Part shown: positions 9,905 to 20,741 of the stretch, piece by piece
How the letters are laid out: each line of letters starts with the position of its first letter
Numbering within the stretch: position 1 is the stretch's first letter
Notes under the pieces: generated by a model
Database searches by the model: none
Seen by the model: the letters and a program-made list of their open reading frames with translations, nothing else
What the model was told of the DNA's origin: nothing
Assembly: GCA_020184695.1 (NCBI GenBank)
Contig: JAANOX010000113.1
Location: forward strand, 1 to 64,000
Direction of reading: 5' to 3'
Source of the DNA: Histomonas meleagridis 2922-C6/04-290x
Taxonomy: Eukaryota; Protista; Parabasalia
DNA length: 64,000 nucleotides
Translations under genes and position numbers: made by a program

Positions 9905-11982
9905 ATGAAATGCCATCTTTCTTACAATGTCAGGGCAAAAAATTTTGCTCTGCAAGCTCCTCTTAGTACAAGTAATAATAATACAAGTTTTATTCCAGAT
10001 CTTGGGAAAAGATCTGGAAATGATCAAAATTATTTTTCAAGTTCGCAACCTCAAAATATCACAGTACAAGCTCCTCTTAGCACACATAATAATAACACAA
10101 GTTTTATTCCAGATCTTGGGAAAAGATCTGGAAATGATCAAAATTATTTTTCAAGTTCGCAACCTCAAAATATCACAGTACAAGCTCCTCTTAGCACACA
10201 TAATAATGATAGAAGTTTTATTTCAGATATTAATAAATGCATCCTTTCTCAACATCCAAATCTTGCCCAATTTGTGAATCCAAATCCTGTTTCTAATAAT
10301 GTTTCTTCTAATAAGGTAACAGAAAATAGGCAAGAGAAGAGAACGAAAATGTTTGCCCTGCTAAATAGCTTTATAATAAATAATCCTCAGTGTGCAACCG
10401 ATTTAATACAGGAGTTGATAAATGCATCGACTAACGAATCTACTCTTTCTACGAAACAGGTAATGATTTACATGGAAAAACTTACTGGAAAGACCTTCGC
10501 ACAAATAAGAGAGAAGCATAAATTATGTGGTGATAAAGTTGTTGGACGAATATTATTGAGAACAGCTTGTGGGAAATATTGGGACAAAAACTTAAAGGGA
10601 GGTGGGGAGCCAATCCTTTCTGATTTGGATATGAAGAAGTTCATAGATATAGTTCATGAAAGAGAAAATGATATAAATTGTTTGTCAACATGTGAGGCAA
10701 TGAAAATAGCAACAACTCTCATAAAAGAGAGAGCTGAAAAAGCCATGAAACTATTTCAAATATGCAACTGCAAAAAAATATTAACGAGAGTGAGAGAAAT
10801 ACATCCTGATGTAACTTGGCTTCAAAAAATGGCTAAAGCAAATAATCTAAGTGTGGTTCCTGCTGCTGAATTGGAAACATTAAGAAGAATTGCTTGTGAT
10901 AAAGTTGCAATAGAAGACTTTTTTTCCAAGCATTCTCATATATCTAAAAGGGATCCTGTATTAATTTTCAACATGGATGAAACTATGGTTTCATCAAAAA
11001 AGAAATATAAGGTATTGGTAACTCAAGGCAAAATCCCACTTACAGAATCATCTCCAGTATTTCCACACATCACTGCTTGTATAACGGTATCTGCAAGTGG
11101 ATATGTTATGAAACCATTGTTTATCCTAAAGGATAAAAAAACATTAAGTGGGCTTGAAGAAGTCAAAGAACTTGTACATTTTGCAACATCACCAACAGGT
11201 TGGATCAACAAAAAACTATTTACTTACTGGGCATATACATTCTTAGCTGAAATTCAAATTTATAGACTTCAGCTTAAACCAGAACTGAGAAAACAGAGGA
11301 TTCTATTGCTGGTTGATGGACATAAAAGTAGGGCCAATTATAATGTTGCAAGATTATTTGAGATGTTTGGGATTGATATATTAGTATTTCCTGGGCATAC
11401 TTCTCATTTATTACAGCCTTTTGATGTTGCTATAGCTTCACCATTGAAAACAATATATATAAGAAAAAGTTATTGCAATATGAGCTAAGTAAATTTGGTG
11501 GTACTGATAGAACTCAGAGGAATCTCAAAGCTATAAGAATTATGATGATAAAATGTCTGGTATCTGCATTATCAGAAGCTGCTTCAAATAAATTTCAAGT
11601 TGATAATATTCAAAGCGGGTTTAGAGCCTTAGGATTATATTTATTAAATCCAAAAATTCCTTTATCTAGTCAATATGCAATAAACACTTCTCTAAGAACC
11701 AAATTTCCTGAATTATATGACAAAATTCAAAATGGAAATTTGGTAAATAATCACCATTTGAATGGAAGCCTGGAAAACTTGAAATTTGTTTATGAAGTAG
11801 AAAATAATAGGAGTTTGACGACCATTGAACCAGTTTATTCTCTAGAAAAAATGAAGTGTGATATCAAATTTTTCTATGCATATACTGTAAAAATGGGGGG
11901 AATTTTGACACCTGTTCCAGATCTGATCATAGAAAATACCAATGGAATCAAAAGAATCCACTTGGACGAAAAATATTGCTAA
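9905..11982 (+). pseudogene. DDE_1 (DD35D) transposase, frameshifted near 11455-11488
   Basis: FNMDET, LLVDGHKS and HTSHLLQPFDVA, with 35 residues between the second and third Asp. Split into ORFs 9905-11488 and 11473-11982 at an (AT)4 run. Confidence 0.88.
9953..10225 (+). repeat. 114-bp (38-aa) tandem repeat, about 2.4 copies, in the transposase N-terminus
   Basis: CAAGCTCCTCTTAG starts at 9953, 10067 and 10181; encodes QAPLSTxNNNTSFIPDLGKRSGNDQNYFSSSQPQNITV. Confidence 0.95.
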
Positions 11983-12577
11983 ATAAACAATTAGCATATA
12001 ATATTCTATTGTTATATATGTTAAAAATGAATGAAACATTTTACCATGAACAATGTTGAGTCTGTTGAATCTATTTAGTTCAGTTAGACAATTTTGTTGG
12101 TTTGAAAAATGATAAAATATAAGCTAATAATCTCATTTTGTAAGAAGGAAGTAAAATCAGTCAAAATATGTTTATAATTTATTTCTAAAATTTACTCTTA
12201 TGGTGTTCAATATCTTTGATATTTTAGTCAGTAAATTCTAAATATTTGACGAGATATTTTTGTTTTTATTTTTTTATTCAATTTTGAATAGCATTTTTTC
12301 TATGGTTTACATCAATAAAGGTGAAGTGATAATAAATTTGAATAGTTTATACGACTTCATATGACCAAATAGTAATTCAAAAAACCGTGATGTATCCAAA
12401 TCCACTATACGGCCAATTCAATGACTACCGGTTCATTCCGCTCTCTGTATGTAACCCAAAAAAGCATCGGTCTATTTGAAGTTTGACTTATTTTGACACT
12501 TTTGACACACAAAAATCAATTGAAAAAGTGAATTTGTACGGTTTCTGTAAAACAACTTCTGGCATTTTTCGTTTCGA

Positions 12578-14473
12578 ATGGCCGTAGTAAACTACGCGTA
12601 TAAAAAAGACATAAAAGGATGGGATTCGGACAAAACAGTTAGATCACTTGATCTGCTTTCAACACCAATCGAAAAAGTCAATATCAGTGGTTGGGATAAT
12701 TTAAGAAGGATTAGAATATCTCAATGTCATCGAATCAAAACAATCACAATCAAAAATATGCCTCACCTTGAAGCAGCTGATTTTCTTTATGATTCTAGTC
12801 TTCAAAAGGTTGAATTTAAGAACTGTCCAAAACTCAAAGCTCTTGAAATCTCATTCAACACAAGCTTAACGTCAGTTACTGGTGTTGATTCGCTTTTATT
12901 TTTATCAGCTTATAAAACACCATTACAAAATCTTCCAAAAATGCCAAATCTTCTTTTTATTGATATTGGCCCAACTAACTTCAAACTTGCTCAAATTCTT
13001 GAGCTTTCCAAAAATCTTGAAGTTGTTAAAATTCAATCAGCAAATACAGATGATTTAATCAAAATGTCCCAAGTTACATCTCATCCAAGCTTAAGAGTTC
13101 TTGAGCCATATGCAGTTAAGCTTGAGCTTGATTCAGTTTCACCCAACACCAAACTTGAATACTTATCATTAATAAATTCAATTGAACTCAACACCCCGAA
13201 CCGTGGTATTCTTAAGAACATATACACCATCATGAAGAGTGGCCTAACCAACGATTATGAATTCACCAAACCATTTGAACCATTTCAATATGTTGCAGCT
13301 CAACATCTTCTCTATGGTCCATGGGGCGTACCTTCTGTTGATCTTAAGCCACCTGTTCAAGTTGAACCCATCATTCATCCACCAGCTAATGTTGATAAAT
13401 TACAAGCAGCCGAATTTATACTCGGGTCCATCTTTTGCTCAGCAGCATTTGACATGATTGGCGTTGGCGTGGAGTTCCTTTCCAAGAGCAAGGCAGGAAT
13501 GTACCTCCACAAGCCGTTCGACATCACTTGGTCCCACCCCAGAATGTCACCTCACACCTTCCGCTTTTTGAAAGGAACCCCCACGGACGATACGTCACAA
13601 ATGGTTCTCATTATGAGGTCAATTGTCGATAACAATTCACAACGTCCTGAGATTAACAATGTTTCTACATTTGATGTTAATGGCGTCTGTATTAATGTTG
13701 CAGATTTTGCATACAAATTAGTCGATTGGGCATACCATGGACATCCAGAACATAATCATCCAGGAGGTTTAGGACTTGGCCATTCAACGCATTTAGTTAT
13801 CTCTCAGTCTGATTTCAAGACAGACCCTATTAAAGCAGCAAACACTGTATGGGAATCAAGTGAAAAGAAAATGGCACCAAATGGATCAGTAATGCGTATT
13901 GCTTCATCAGGTGCTTTTGCGTTTTGGGATGAAACAGTTGTCAAAGCAGTTGCCGAAAAATATGGAAAGGCAACGCACGCGGATCCAAGATGCGTCTTTT
14001 GTACTGTTGCGGCAGCATTACTTATTGCAAGATACATCCAAAAGAATACTGGTCTAAGAGATGAAGTAGACATTGACCAAACTATACAAGAAGCATTAGA
14101 ATATGCAAATGTTGACCAACAGTATATGGAAGATATCAATAGATATACACAAGCAAAAACATTGGACGAAATCGAATTGGATGAATTCGACAAAATTGGT
14201 TATTGCTTAAAGGCTTTCGGCTCTGCTGTATGGGCATTAAAATATTGTCGATCAATTGAAGATGCTTTAGTAGCTATAATCCCTGAAGCTGGTGACTCTG
14301 ATACTAACGGCGCTGTGGTAGGCGCAATATTAGGTGCGAAATATGGGTTCAAAACAATTCCATGGAATTGTATTAAATATATGTACACTGGGCAATGGCT
14401 ATGGAGAGAGGTTATTCCATATCTAAAGTTAATTGACATAGAATGCCCAGAACCATATCATTGGAACATATAA
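12578..14473 (+). CDS. Leucine-rich-repeat / ADP-ribosylglycohydrolase (ARH/DraG family) fusion protein
   Basis: N-terminal LRR-like units (LRRIRISQCHRIKTITIKNMPHLEAADF; CPKLKALEISFN). C-terminal ARH motifs GTPTDDTSQM, NGSVMR, THADPRC and GDSDTNGAVVGAILGA. Confidence 0.85.
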   Translation: MAVVNYAYKKDIKGWDSDKTVRSLDLLSTPIEKVNISGWDNLRRIRISQCHRIKTITIKNMPHLEAADFLYDSSLQKVEFKNCPKLKALEISFNTSLTSVTGVDSLLFLSAYKTPLQNLPKMPNLLFIDIGPTNFKLAQILELSKNLEVVKIQSANTDDLIKMSQVTSHPSLRVLEPYAVKLELDSVSPNTKLEYLSLINSIELNTPNRGILKNIYTIMKSGLTNDYEFTKPFEPFQYVAAQHLLYGPWGVPSVDLKPPVQVEPIIHPPANVDKLQAAEFILGSIFCSAAFDMIGVGVEFLSKSKAGMYLHKPFDITWSHPRMSPHTFRFLKGTPTDDTSQMVLIMRSIVDNNSQRPEINNVSTFDVNGVCINVADFAYKLVDWAYHGHPEHNHPGGLGLGHSTHLVISQSDFKTDPIKAANTVWESSEKKMAPNGSVMRIASSGAFAFWDETVVKAVAEKYGKATHADPRCVFCTVAAALLIARYIQKNTGLRDEVDIDQTIQEALEYANVDQQYMEDINRYTQAKTLDEIELDEFDKIGYCLKAFGSAVWALKYCRSIEDALVAIIPEAGDSDTNGAVVGAILGAKYGFKTIPWNCIKYMYTGQWLWREVIPYLKLIDIECPEPYHWNI

Positions 14474-14657
14474 CCTTTCGAATAAAAAAATATTATTTGA
14501 CTTCTATAATCAGCTAAACTTAGTGAATTGTTTTGAAGTGAGATGATTACTGATTGAAATTAATTCAAATTGTAATCGTTTCAATTTTGCCACCACTATT
14601 TTTCAGGGGTTTTGTAAACTATTTAATTGGTTTCAAAAAAGACCTGCAGCAGAAAAA

Positions 14658-16253
14658 ATGCTTTCTTTTCTAACAGACCAAGACCCTTTATTCGAATATA
14701 TTTATTACGTGGAAGAAGGTTCTGACAGTGAGCCTGTTTCAATTTACCAAAAAACAGAAGAAGTCCCTGAATCTATCTCAAAAAATCTTAAAACATTTTG
14801 CTTTCCCTTTAATGATAACGATCGAATCGGAAACAACGAGCAACAATTTACATTCGCTTTTACAGATGCTGATCGCAAATTGCTTTTCACCTTTGTTCAT
14901 TATCATATCGCAGATGATAACAAAATTCATGCGTATTGCTTAATCTCACCAAAATATCATCCCGAACTTTACACTGAAATTATTAGTAATATTTCTGGGT
15001 TAAAAGGAAACGAACAAAAAGATTATATCTCAGAAGTTCTTAATCTGAAAATCAATGTAAGTCCACACGATAATGTTTTAGATTCTACAGCTGCTTCTCT
15101 TGTTAACATTAAGAGTATTGACCATCTAAGTCCTTCAAGCGAACTTATGAAAATTTATTCTTATCTTCTTTCCAAGTTCATTATCAGTGATCTTCTTCAC
15201 TGTATAATTGCCATTCTTTTTGATTATAGAATTCTTGTTATTTCTTCATCTCCCAAAGTTCTAGGTGAAACAGCATTTTCGCTTCTTGGGCTTGTTTATC
15301 CACTTTCATGGCCAGGCTCTTTTATCCCTATTCTTCCCACAGCCATTCAAACAGCGCTTGAAGCCCCATTTGCCTTCATCATCGGACTTCACTCATCTCT
15401 ATCGTTGAACCTCCTCAGTGATAACCGTTACTTTGTACTCAATGCCGATGTCCGATACACCTGTCCTGTTGGGATCGAAGATTTACCACAGAACTTACAT
15501 GATCTTATCGACAGGACATCTGAAAGTATTCGTAAGACTCTTAAAAAGTATATGCCCATACTTCCCTTTAAGAAAGTTCAACGTAAGTTCCATAAATTCA
15601 TAGTTAACTTCATGGGCGAAGTATATTCTGTTGATCCGAAACAACCACAACAAATTTATAATAGCTTTAACACGTGGAAATCCAAAAATACTAATGATCT
15701 TCCATCCATCCTCAGCCAAACCCAATTTATTGATCAATTCATGCGACTTTGTTTTATCGAGAAAGATCAAGTTCTTTATGATACATTTTTCGGAGTTACT
15801 AACACGTCAACAACTAAACAACCAACGAATCCAACAACAGCTAATCAAGCAGTGACATTTGAGAAGCCGCCATTACCACATGATAGACATCATGATTCAT
15901 TCGATGGAAAAAGTTTCTCAATTGATCGATTAAATATTCCGATTCAACGAAGAACAAAATCGATTATCGAAATGTCCGCGCCACCACTTGTCGCAGAAAG
16001 AAAAAGAAAACGTAAACATCATACATCAACATCGACAACTGATGGCTCTGCTGAAACGCCAATAAGACATCATCGAAAACATCATAAAAGAAGCAGCTTG
16101 TCGATGGAACAAGGAATCGAAGTGGCAGAACAAGTGAACCTGCATCTGCGATCAAGAAACTTAAGCATGTGCTCTGGTATGACGCCAACGAAAGGACTGT
16201 TAGAAAGTAATAACGATTCGCCTGTGGCACATGAGGAACAACAGATATCATAA
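14658..16253 (+). CDS. DENN-domain protein (putative Rab GEF)
   Basis: FCFP...QQFTFAFTDADRKLLF (uDENN), ILVISSSPKVLGETAFSLLGLVYPLSWPGSFIPILP and LEAPFAFIIG (cDENN), QTQFIDQF (dDENN). Confidence 0.9.
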   Translation: MLSFLTDQDPLFEYIYYVEEGSDSEPVSIYQKTEEVPESISKNLKTFCFPFNDNDRIGNNEQQFTFAFTDADRKLLFTFVHYHIADDNKIHAYCLISPKYHPELYTEIISNISGLKGNEQKDYISEVLNLKINVSPHDNVLDSTAASLVNIKSIDHLSPSSELMKIYSYLLSKFIISDLLHCIIAILFDYRILVISSSPKVLGETAFSLLGLVYPLSWPGSFIPILPTAIQTALEAPFAFIIGLHSSLSLNLLSDNRYFVLNADVRYTCPVGIEDLPQNLHDLIDRTSESIRKTLKKYMPILPFKKVQRKFHKFIVNFMGEVYSVDPKQPQQIYNSFNTWKSKNTNDLPSILSQTQFIDQFMRLCFIEKDQVLYDTFFGVTNTSTTKQPTNPTTANQAVTFEKPPLPHDRHHDSFDGKSFSIDRLNIPIQRRTKSIIEMSAPPLVAERKRKRKHHTSTSTTDGSAETPIRHHRKHHKRSSLSMEQGIEVAEQVNLHLRSRNLSMCSGMTPTKGLLESNNDSPVAHEEQQIS

Positions 16254-16836
16254 AGCTTTGTGAGTGAACCGATGTTTCTGATGCGATTACATGTGATATG
16301 AAATAGTAAAAGTCTAAACGAAATATATTATATTCGAGTTATTTATTGGAACGAAAAAGAGATAACAAAATTTGTAAACACGTTTAATATTGTTAGTGAT
16401 TAAACTGTAGAAATGAATTTGAACATATAATGAAAATGATCATTTTAGACGATGCCCATTTGGGAAAGTATCAAATAACGATCTTCTCATGGCATGTTTT
16501 TTCTTATGTTTTTGAGTGTTATTTTTTTTTCCTGATTTTTAATTTATTCAATGATATAAATATCTTATTTTATTAATCAAAATTAAAAATTCTAATGATT
16601 CATTGTTTTTTAAAAATCAAATTAAATCATCATGTTTTACATCCCCCACGATACTTTATTCTACGCTTAACTTTTATATAAATTCATAACTATTTCTCAA
16701 TGAGTTAATTATAAAACTTCTTTTTGTTTGCGGGGCAAAGCTAAGCGCATTCTTGTTATTAAACTCATCTCTAATAAAATATATATTTAAAATATATATA
16801 ATTATAGCCTATTTATACAAATTTTGTTAGCTGTTG

Positions 16837-17451
16837 TTAACAACACCATCTATTTCCATCAGCTCCGTTCTCTGTTGAGCTTGGTTGGAGAACTAATTGT
16901 TGTGCATTAATTTTGAAGTTTCCTTTGATTTCGCCTTTGTTAACTTTTTGGAAAATGATTTTTGCTAATTTAATGAACGTTTCATCAATGTTTCTGTTGT
17001 CTAGAGCAGACGTTTCGATGTATTCAATGTTATGTCTTTCGGAAAAATGTAAAGCCTCAGAATTACTGACGGTGCGATTATCTTCAAGATCAATTTTATT
17101 TCCTACAACAATGATGACAGCATTTGGAGCGGCTAATGAATGAAGATCATTCAACCAACTATCGAGATCATCGAATGATTGTTTATCAGTAATTGAAAAA
17201 ACTAAAACAGCCCCAACTGCATTTCGAAAATATGATTTTGATATAGACCTAAACTTCTCTTGGCCTGCAGTATCCCATATGTTTAATTTTATAGTGTCAT
17301 CTCCAAATGTTGTTTGGAAGCATTTAAATTCGACACCTATTGTTGGCTGCTTTTTATCTGGAAATGTTTTATCAATGAGCCGTTCTACCATTGATGTTTT
17401 CCCGACACCTGATGAACCTACAACAACGACTTTATATGTGTCTAGAGACAT
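16837..17451 (-). CDS. Rab family GTPase (Rab2/4/11/14-like group)
   Basis: GSSGVGKT, TIGVEF, WDTAGQE, NKID, ETSA, C-terminal CC. Confidence 0.95.
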   Translation of the reverse strand: MSLDTYKVVVVGSSGVGKTSMVERLIDKTFPDKKQPTIGVEFKCFQTTFGDDTIKLNIWDTAGQEKFRSISKSYFRNAVGAVLVFSITDKQSFDDLDSWLNDLHSLAAPNAVIIVVGNKIDLEDNRTVSNSEALHFSERHNIEYIETSALDNRNIDETFIKLAKIIFQKVNKGEIKGNFKINAQQLVLQPSSTENGADGNRWCC

Positions 17452-17762
17452 TTAGAAAAAATTTGGTTGATTATTTCCGGTGTAAAAAAAGTGACTTTTT
17501 GACTATCAACATTTTTTTTCGTTTTTCTCATTAAAGAAATATACGTCAGTAATTACAACTAATGCACCAGGTATAAATTGCAAAACAAAAGACAAAAAAC
17601 TTTTATAAGCAATTGACTCAAAAGGAATTGTTTAAAAAAATTATTGAAAATTTTCATTTTCAAATACCTTAAAAATATGTTAACACATAGAATAAACCAA
17701 ACACACTTCCAAAATAAATGTTTATCAAAGAATTGTTATGATAGTACTATTCGTAGATTTGC

Positions 17763-18353
17763 TTAGCAGCAAGTATTCCCAGGTTTACCTTGTTGATCTA
17801 GTGGAACTTTTGATTCGTCTGGGTTATTCGCCGTTTTGTTGTTTGAGTATACGGTATTTATGCATTCATTAAATGCATTTTCAACATTTTCGCCAGTAAG
17901 AGCAGAAGTCTCGAAGAACATGATTCCATTTCTGTCAGCCAACTCTTGACCTTGAGAAGTTGGAACTGCTCTTTGGGAAGCAAGATCTAATTTATTTCCA
18001 AAAAGTACTATTAAACAATCTGGCGGTGCTAAATTGCGTACATCACGAATCCATTCTTCAACTTTATTAAAAGAAGTAGCATCTGTGATATCGTAAACAA
18101 TTATTGCACAAGCACTATCACGATAATAACTTCTTGTAATAGATCTGAAGATTTCTTGACCTGCCGTGTCCCAAACTTGAACTTTAATGCTTTGACCACC
18201 AATTTTAATCATTTTGATTGAAAATGTAACACCAACTGTAACGTCGTGAATAGGTTGGAATCGTCCTTCATCAAAGCGAAGAAGAAGGCACGATTTCCCA
18301 ACCGCAGAATTTCCAACGATGATAAACTTGAATGTGATTGGGTTCTCGCTCAT
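17763..18353 (-). CDS. Rab family GTPase, Rab2-like
   Basis: First ATG gives MSENPITF; GNSAVGKS, FQPIHDVTVGVTF, WDTAGQE, NKLD, C-terminal CC. Confidence 0.93.
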   Translation of the reverse strand: MSENPITFKFIIVGNSAVGKSCLLLRFDEGRFQPIHDVTVGVTFSIKMIKIGGQSIKVQVWDTAGQEIFRSITRSYYRDSACAIIVYDITDATSFNKVEEWIRDVRNLAPPDCLIVLFGNKLDLASQRAVPTSQGQELADRNGIMFFETSALTGENVENAFNECINTVYSNNKTANNPDESKVPLDQQGKPGNTCC

Positions 18354-18899
18354 TTTCCGAAGTCTGAAAAAAAGTGTTGAAAGTAAACACAAACTTTTTG
18401 AATAGTTTGATAAAACTCATAGAATAAACCGGCTTATTCCGGTATAACTGATCCAGATTTGATCCGTTTCAATTCAATTAGCCACCGAAGTTACATTGAA
18501 ATCAAAAATAACCGATTTACAAATCTTTATCTATGCAAGATGTTGGTTAAAATAATAATCAAGAAGTTTCAACTAAAAAAGAAATAATTCTCAAGTGTAA
18601 AACTGATATAAAATCCATGAAAAGACATATTAAATATTTAAAGGTGTCGGAGTTAAAGAATCACTTATAATTATTCAATTTAAGGATCCCTCCTGTTTTT
18701 TAAAAAACATTAACAAGCTTATCAGAGAAAAGGCGCTAGCTTGAAAAAGCAAAAATAAATTTTGTAATAATACAAAAATATTATATATACGCACAATTAA
18801 AATTGATGAAACTCCGAAAAATGCAACAAGACCCTTCATCATTAAACTCTATGTAAGTGAGATGAACAAACTATAAGTTATTCTTTCAGATTTATTTAT

Positions 18900-19244
18900 C
18901 TACTTTTTACCTCCTTTCTTGGCCTGTGCAACACGCCTCTTTACAACTGTGGTAGCAATTTTGGCATTTGCGTCAACCGAAACACCAGCATATCCGCGTG
19001 AAACTTTCTTTGATCTTTGTACACGTCCCTTCTTTTCAACTTGATCTGTGTTAGATTTTTTGTGGTCAAATCTATAATGCTCAGTCCAACTGATCTTTCT
19101 TGGATTTCTCTTTCGTTGCCACATGCGGAATGTTTTTCGTGATTCAAAAGCCATCATATGCTTATCTTCACGGATATAAATAATACCGTGTCCTGGATGT
19201 ATTTGATGACCTGAGAAGCCATCAATCTCAGTTCTGTGAGACAT
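18900..19244 (-). CDS. RPL24: 60S ribosomal protein L24 (eL24)
   Basis: FSGHQIHPGHG, RNPRKISWTEHYRFDHKK; basic C-terminus. Confidence 0.93.
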   Translation of the reverse strand: MSHRTEIDGFSGHQIHPGHGIIYIREDKHMMAFESRKTFRMWQRKRNPRKISWTEHYRFDHKKSNTDQVEKKGRVQRSKKVSRGYAGVSVDANAKIATTVVKRRVAQAKKGGKK

Positions 19245-19347
19245 TTTTGGAAAAGAGCGGCCAAAAACCGATAGCCACTTTTTGTGTTTCGTTTGAACAT
19301 TTAACGAAATGTGATGTAAAAAATATGTTTTGATTTACTTATTCGGC

Positions 19348-19986
19348 TTAGCAAGAACAGAACCCAGTTCCACCATTATCATTTTGTTCGGTGATATCAA
19401 TAAACGAATCTTTGTTTTCTTTATCTGCGTACCGTGTTTCGATATTAACTTTTCCATCTAAATATTTCTTATATACAGCATGCGCCGTTTCAATAAAAGT
19501 ATCGTCTATCCTCTCTCCAGAAAGAGCAGACGTTTCAAAGTATGTAAGTCCATTTTGTTGTGCAAAATCCGAGGCCTCTGCCGTGGAAACAGCGCGTTGT
19601 GAAACTAAATCTGTTTTGTTTCCCACCAACACTTTAATTGAGTTTGATGGGGAAAGAAGCATTGCATCGTCCGTCCAAAATCCAAGATGTGAAAATGATT
19701 CTCGATTTGTAACATCAAATACCAAAAAAACTGCAGTTGAGCCTCTAAAGTAAGCTCTAGTAATTGAGCGAAACTTTTCTTGCCCAGCTGTGTCCCATAT
19801 TTGAAGTTTGATTTTTGTGGACTCAATATCAATGTTTCTCACACCAAAATCAAGGCCAATCGTTTGTGGTTGATTGTCATCAAAGCTTTTCTCGCAAAAC
19901 ATTTTGCACATAGATGTCTTTCCAACAGCTGAGTCACCAACAAGAACAAATTTGAAACAAAGGGATTCCGTCTCTTCTCCAGACAT
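19348..19986 (-). CDS. Rab family GTPase (Rab4/14-like)
   Basis: First ATG gives MSGEETES; GDSAVGKT, QTIGLDFG, WDTAGQE, NKTD, C-terminal CSC. Confidence 0.93.
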   Translation of the reverse strand: MSGEETESLCFKFVLVGDSAVGKTSMCKMFCEKSFDDNQPQTIGLDFGVRNIDIESTKIKLQIWDTAGQEKFRSITRAYFRGSTAVFLVFDVTNRESFSHLGFWTDDAMLLSPSNSIKVLVGNKTDLVSQRAVSTAEASDFAQQNGLTYFETSALSGERIDDTFIETAHAVYKKYLDGKVNIETRYADKENKDSFIDITEQNDNGGTGFCSC

Positions 19987-20232
19987 TAAAATTGATTCAA
20001 ACAGACATATTGAATTATTCAATACAATTTCCTATCGTTCATGTTGTGGAAATATTTTCAATTGATCAGATTTGTGGATATGTATGAACCAACACTATTA
20101 GAATTTTTAAAAAATAAAACTTTATCATTATAAATTATATTTTGTCTTTATAGCAGTTGAATTAGAATGTAATTACATTCTTTACTTCGTATCATAAAAT
20201 ATATATATAAATTATAATTTTTGTTGATGTCT

Positions 20233-20304
20233 GGGTGTGTAGCTCAGTGGTAGAGCGCTACATTTGCATTGTAGAGGCCTGGGGTTCGATCCCCCACACA
20301 TCCA
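20233..20304 (+). tRNA. tRNA-Ala (anticodon UGC)
   Basis: Acceptor stem GGGTGTG/CACATCC with the G3:U70 Ala identity pair; D arm AGCTCAGTGGTAGAGC; anticodon arm CTACA-TTTGCAT-TGTAG; T arm GGGG-TTCGAT-CCCC; oligo-T terminator follows. Confidence 0.97.
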
Positions 20305-20697
20305 TTTTTTTAATTTTTTGGATTTTTAAATAGTATTAAACGGTTTTATGGTCTAAAAAATTTGGTGAGAAAATTTTATCCAAGAATAACTATATATTTT
20401 TAACTTATAGAATCTATAAAATCATTGGTGTTAATGATGTTGGTGATTCAAATCTTTAAGATATTAAAGGAATATGGTGCACTTGCAGAAGTCATTATAA
20501 AAAAGAAATATGATAAATAAGTCATGATAAAGAAGTCATTATAATAAAGTAAACTATAAACAATCAATTATTAACAACTGATTACTAACAACTAATCATC
20601 AACAAACAAACGATTCACAAATCAATCTTTATAGGTATTAATGAATTTCTTCATTCGTTTAGGTGTTATATAAACAACACACACACAGGTATATTCT

Positions 20698-20741
20698 CCC
20701 CCATATGGGGGTGCCCCCCACGCGCTTCGCATATGCGAAGC
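20698..20741. other. Cluster of GC-rich perfect palindromes
   Basis: CCCCCATATGGGGG (20698-20711), overlapping GGGGGTGCCCCC (20707-20718; 5-bp arms, 2-nt centre) and GCTTCGCATATGCGAAGC (20724-20741). Confidence 0.9.

Larger units (their letters stand above)
9644..12447 (+). mobile_element. pogo/Fot1-like (Tc1/mariner superfamily) DNA transposon, 2804 bp, with TA target duplication
   Basis: 14-bp TIR CAGAGAGCGGAATG at 9644-9657 and inverted at 12434-12447; flanking TA at 9642-9643 and 12448-12449; GGCCGTATAGTG subterminal repeats; internal DDE_1 transposase. Confidence 0.92.
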
